Assembly (NCBI GenBank): GCA_002794465.1
Contig: MTSL01000124.1
Span: 1-30,389 of the forward strand
DNA: 30,389 bases
Reading direction: 5' to 3'
Origin: Paramicrosporidium saccamoebae KSL3
Taxonomy: Eukaryota > Fungi > Cryptomycota
Part shown: in pieces, positions 27,858 through 30,389 of the stretch
Layout: each line of letters begins with the position of its first letter
How positions within the stretch are numbered: the first letter of the stretch is position 1
The notes under the pieces: generated by a model
The model's database searches: none
Seen by the model: the letters and a program-made list of their open reading frames with translations, nothing else
What the model was told of the DNA's origin: nothing
Position numbers and translations under genes: made by a program

Positions 27858-29900
27858 ATGGACGACGACGTGCCCGTCAGACGGTCCCTGCGTGTGGCGG
27901 GGATGACACCATTAAGGCCTATGAGTTCAATTATGCACAATGAACAAAATAGAGGACGCAGTAACAGTAGAACAGGGACCCCTCGTCGTACCCGTGACAC
28001 AAGTGTCCCCGATTCCCGCATGAGACAGGCTCTCAACTTGCCAAGCGACATTAGCAGCTCAGACTTTCTCGGTGACACTCCAACAGGCCGGTTTCATCGT
28101 GCCGCTGCACCGGATAATCAGCGGACGGTGCAGGCAAAGAGGGTTGCCCCCACAACTACACTCATGACCGCAACCACCACTACTGCACAAGTTCCTACTG
28201 TCAAGGCAAGAAAAGTTACTCGTCAAGTCTCCAATGTCTTTTTGAATCAACATGAGGAAGAAGAGGAAGGCATGGCAAATATAGCTGTGCTCAGTTTTAC
28301 TCGGATTTTCGGATGGCTTGTTTCGTGTTGCAAAGCGTCGCTAATATGGCTTTTTTCCTCTACGAATATTGATTCTCAAAAGTCTCGAAAATCTCAGACG
28401 GCCTTGTTGTATATTTCCGGATTTGTCGGCCTGAGTGTTGTATTATATGCCATGGCGCAGCTTGATCTGCGGATCGCCCGAGGGGTTGGCTCGTCTATAT
28501 TTTCTACGCCACTGAAACGGTCCAAACCTGTGGACATTACCCCAATCCTCCAGCCCAAGGACGTGGATTCATTTAACAGAAACTTTAGTCTTCTCAAGGA
28601 GCGCATTCTGTCGCTGGAGCTTGCGCTAAACGAAGCCAAAGCAATGGCGATGGGTGCTGACGAGCTTACTCGATCCACCAGCGAGGCAGTCCAAACCAAG
28701 CTTCAATTCCTCATTGAAAAGGACTTTGCCTTGGAGACTCGATTGGCGGACATTAATGAAAAAATGCTGGATCTTGGGGCGTCGTTGACATTTCCCGAAT
28801 CTAACGCTACCAAGGAGCTAGAGTCCAGTCTCCAGGAGGTAAAGGAAAAGTTTCAGTCTACAAAGAACGACATGGAGCAGATGAAGGAACAGTTGTCCGC
28901 CGCCGCTGTTCGCCATTTTATTAGAGACGAAATTGGAGAATTTCTGCCCGAGACGCTATTAGTGCGGAAGGGAAAAGATGGCTCTATTATTATTGATTCA
29001 GCTCTAATGCAGACGCTCCACGAAATGTTCCAAACACGTCAAGCCGGACCGACTGAAGATGCGTCTTCCAGCAGCGTCAACTTGAAGGTGGTGGAGAATA
29101 TGCTCAACGGCAAACTAAGTCAGATTGAGCATTCGCTGGTCAATAAGGACGAGTTGATGGATTTGGTAAGCAAGCGTCTCGCCATAGAGTTGCCAAAGGC
29201 TGCGGTATTGAATGGAACGAGTCAAGACATGATATCCAAACTTGTCGATGGAAAATTGTCCGACGTAGAATTGCGGATGAAAACACGCCAATTATCTCGA
29301 GATGAAATAGCAAAGCTGATCCAACAAGAACTGCAGAAGAGCCAGCAGGATTCAATTGCGGATGGTGTTGGAATGGCCGATTTTGCCCTACAAACGATGG
29401 GATGTCGTGTTGTGCCCTCTGGCACCTCGCCGTCATTCCATAAAGCGAGAGGAGGAATTGCAGATTTTATAATCGGAACCCAAGGAAAGCCAGCAAAGAC
29501 GGCCCTGAGCCCGGACAACTCGCTTGGAAATTGCTGGGCATTTCCTGGCGATTCCGGCACTCTGACCATTGCCCTGGGAGAGGCCATCGTCCCGAGCCAT
29601 TTTTCCATTGACCATGTTCCTTCCTCGCTGCCAGTGGATCGATCCTCTGCTCCTCGCAAGTTTCAAGTGTTTGGCATGGAGAATTTAAAAGATGGGCCTG
29701 TTATGCTTGGTGGATTTGAATATCGTCTCGAGGGGCCGGCTGTCCAAACCTTCTCCAGTCAGTATATCCTCAGCAGTCCAATTAGATACGTCCGCCTCGT
29801 GGTGCTTTCTAACCATGGGAAATCCGACTACACCTGTCTCTATCGATTCCGTGTACATGCTACCTCTGATATGTCTACGCTTTTGGGTGATCTTCAATAA
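27858..29900 (+). CDS. SUN-domain (Sad1/UNC-84) inner nuclear membrane protein, 680 aa
   Basis: Disordered basic N-terminus, TM segment (TALLYISGFVGLSVVLYAM), long coiled coil, and a C-terminal SUN domain (ADFAL...GNCWAF.G..G.L.I.L...SSAPRKFQVFG...SNHG..YTCLYRFRVH). Confidence 0.94.
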   Translation: MDDDVPVRRSLRVAGMTPLRPMSSIMHNEQNRGRSNSRTGTPRRTRDTSVPDSRMRQALNLPSDISSSDFLGDTPTGRFHRAAAPDNQRTVQAKRVAPTTTLMTATTTTAQVPTVKARKVTRQVSNVFLNQHEEEEEGMANIAVLSFTRIFGWLVSCCKASLIWLFSSTNIDSQKSRKSQTALLYISGFVGLSVVLYAMAQLDLRIARGVGSSIFSTPLKRSKPVDITPILQPKDVDSFNRNFSLLKERILSLELALNEAKAMAMGADELTRSTSEAVQTKLQFLIEKDFALETRLADINEKMLDLGASLTFPESNATKELESSLQEVKEKFQSTKNDMEQMKEQLSAAAVRHFIRDEIGEFLPETLLVRKGKDGSIIIDSALMQTLHEMFQTRQAGPTEDASSSSVNLKVVENMLNGKLSQIEHSLVNKDELMDLVSKRLAIELPKAAVLNGTSQDMISKLVDGKLSDVELRMKTRQLSRDEIAKLIQQELQKSQQDSIADGVGMADFALQTMGCRVVPSGTSPSFHKARGGIADFIIGTQGKPAKTALSPDNSLGNCWAFPGDSGTLTIALGEAIVPSHFSIDHVPSSLPVDRSSAPRKFQVFGMENLKDGPVMLGGFEYRLEGPAVQTFSSQYILSSPIRYVRLVVLSNHGKSDYTCLYRFRVHATSDMSTLLGDLQ

Positions 29901-30019
29901 ACTGCAGCAATTGGTGATTTCGCGGACCAATGGATTTTCTTGCCCAATGGTTTTGATTGGTCCGAGTGTGCATGAACAATTTCCATAAATGGCAGTCGGT
30001 GAAGGTTGTAGACACTGCG

Positions 30020-30389
30020 ATGAAACTGCATCTACTTTTAACGTTACTTGGGTTCGTGGCTGCCGAGCCCTATACCAAGGTCTTTGGCGACTGTACCCTA
30101 TTTAATCCTGACAGAACGAAGAAGAAAATGCTAAGTATAACCCAAACTCCAAGCGGAAGCTTTATCGAGCTCACTGCGAAAACTGGCGATCTCACCATTT
30201 CAGATGCCAATTCTGCGTTTAATGTTCTGGGTTGCGCTGGGCCCATCATTGAAGGTGATGTATTTCCCGTAGCGGCAGCTGTATCAGGCGCTACCGCTCC
30301 TACTTCTGGACCACCAACTGGAGGTGCAACTGAAGTACCATCTAGAGTACCGTCTGAAGTACCAACTGAAGTTCCACCTAGAGTACCGT
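30020..30389 (+). CDS. 5' part of a putative secreted Pro/Thr/Val-rich protein (runs off the window)
   Basis: ATG 30020 reads MKLHLLLTLLGFVAA|EPYTKVFGDC...GC...ATAPTSGPPTGGATEVPSRVPSEVPTEVPPRVP with no stop. It has a clear signal-peptide pattern and 12-nt repeats at the end, and is missing from the ORF track because it has no stop. Confidence 0.8.
   Translation, partial: MKLHLLLTLLGFVAAEPYTKVFGDCTLFNPDRTKKKMLSITQTPSGSFIELTAKTGDLTISDANSAFNVLGCAGPIIEGDVFPVAAAVSGATAPTSGPPTGGATEVPSRVPSEVPTEVPPRVP

Noticed and set aside
235-29988. Many short antisense and alternate-frame ORFs in the track (e.g. 235-480, 19890-20411, 23762-24259, 29222-29659)
   Set aside because: They overlap well-supported genes and have no recognisable motifs. 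Recurring ones (e.g. 6020-6208 and 9830-10018) simply mirror duplicated coding DNA.
30072-30389. Minus-strand open frame at the right edge
   Set aside because: It is the antisense of the plus-strand signal-peptide ORF starting at 30020, which is the better-supported reading.

Overview
Eukaryotic, gene-dense DNA with very short GT-AG introns (31-35 nt). The compact layout and gene set suggest a reduced fungal-lineage parasite of the Rozellomycota / short-branch microsporidia type; this is inference only. The window has two parts. (1) About 1.5-20.4 kb is a head-to-tail minus-strand array of one gene family with no evident coding introns: five long genes, one leader-only remnant, one deletion-fusion pseudogene and one decaying gene tail. 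Each gene starts with a conserved signal-peptide-like leader (MNF[F/L]W.xV[F/L]A.SIQS) and carries 2-4 copies of a ~200-aa domain (16 copies in total, 14 with an unbroken reading frame) joined by S/P/basic-rich linkers with NLS-like clusters. By motif order the domain looks like a PPM/PP2C phosphatase fold that has lost most metal-binding aspartates, so this is a candidate secreted pseudophosphatase effector family. It shows domain shuffling, near-identical patches suggesting gene conversion, and birth-and-death decay. (2) Around the array are conserved housekeeping genes: ING-family PHD protein, GINS Psf3, MCM8, a Ubl-RhoGAP-SH3 protein (two ORFs joined by a 31-nt intron), a compact Noc1/Mak21, and a SUN-domain protein. 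The 5' part of a secreted Pro-rich protein runs off the right edge. No rRNA, tRNA, CRISPR or transposase was recognised.
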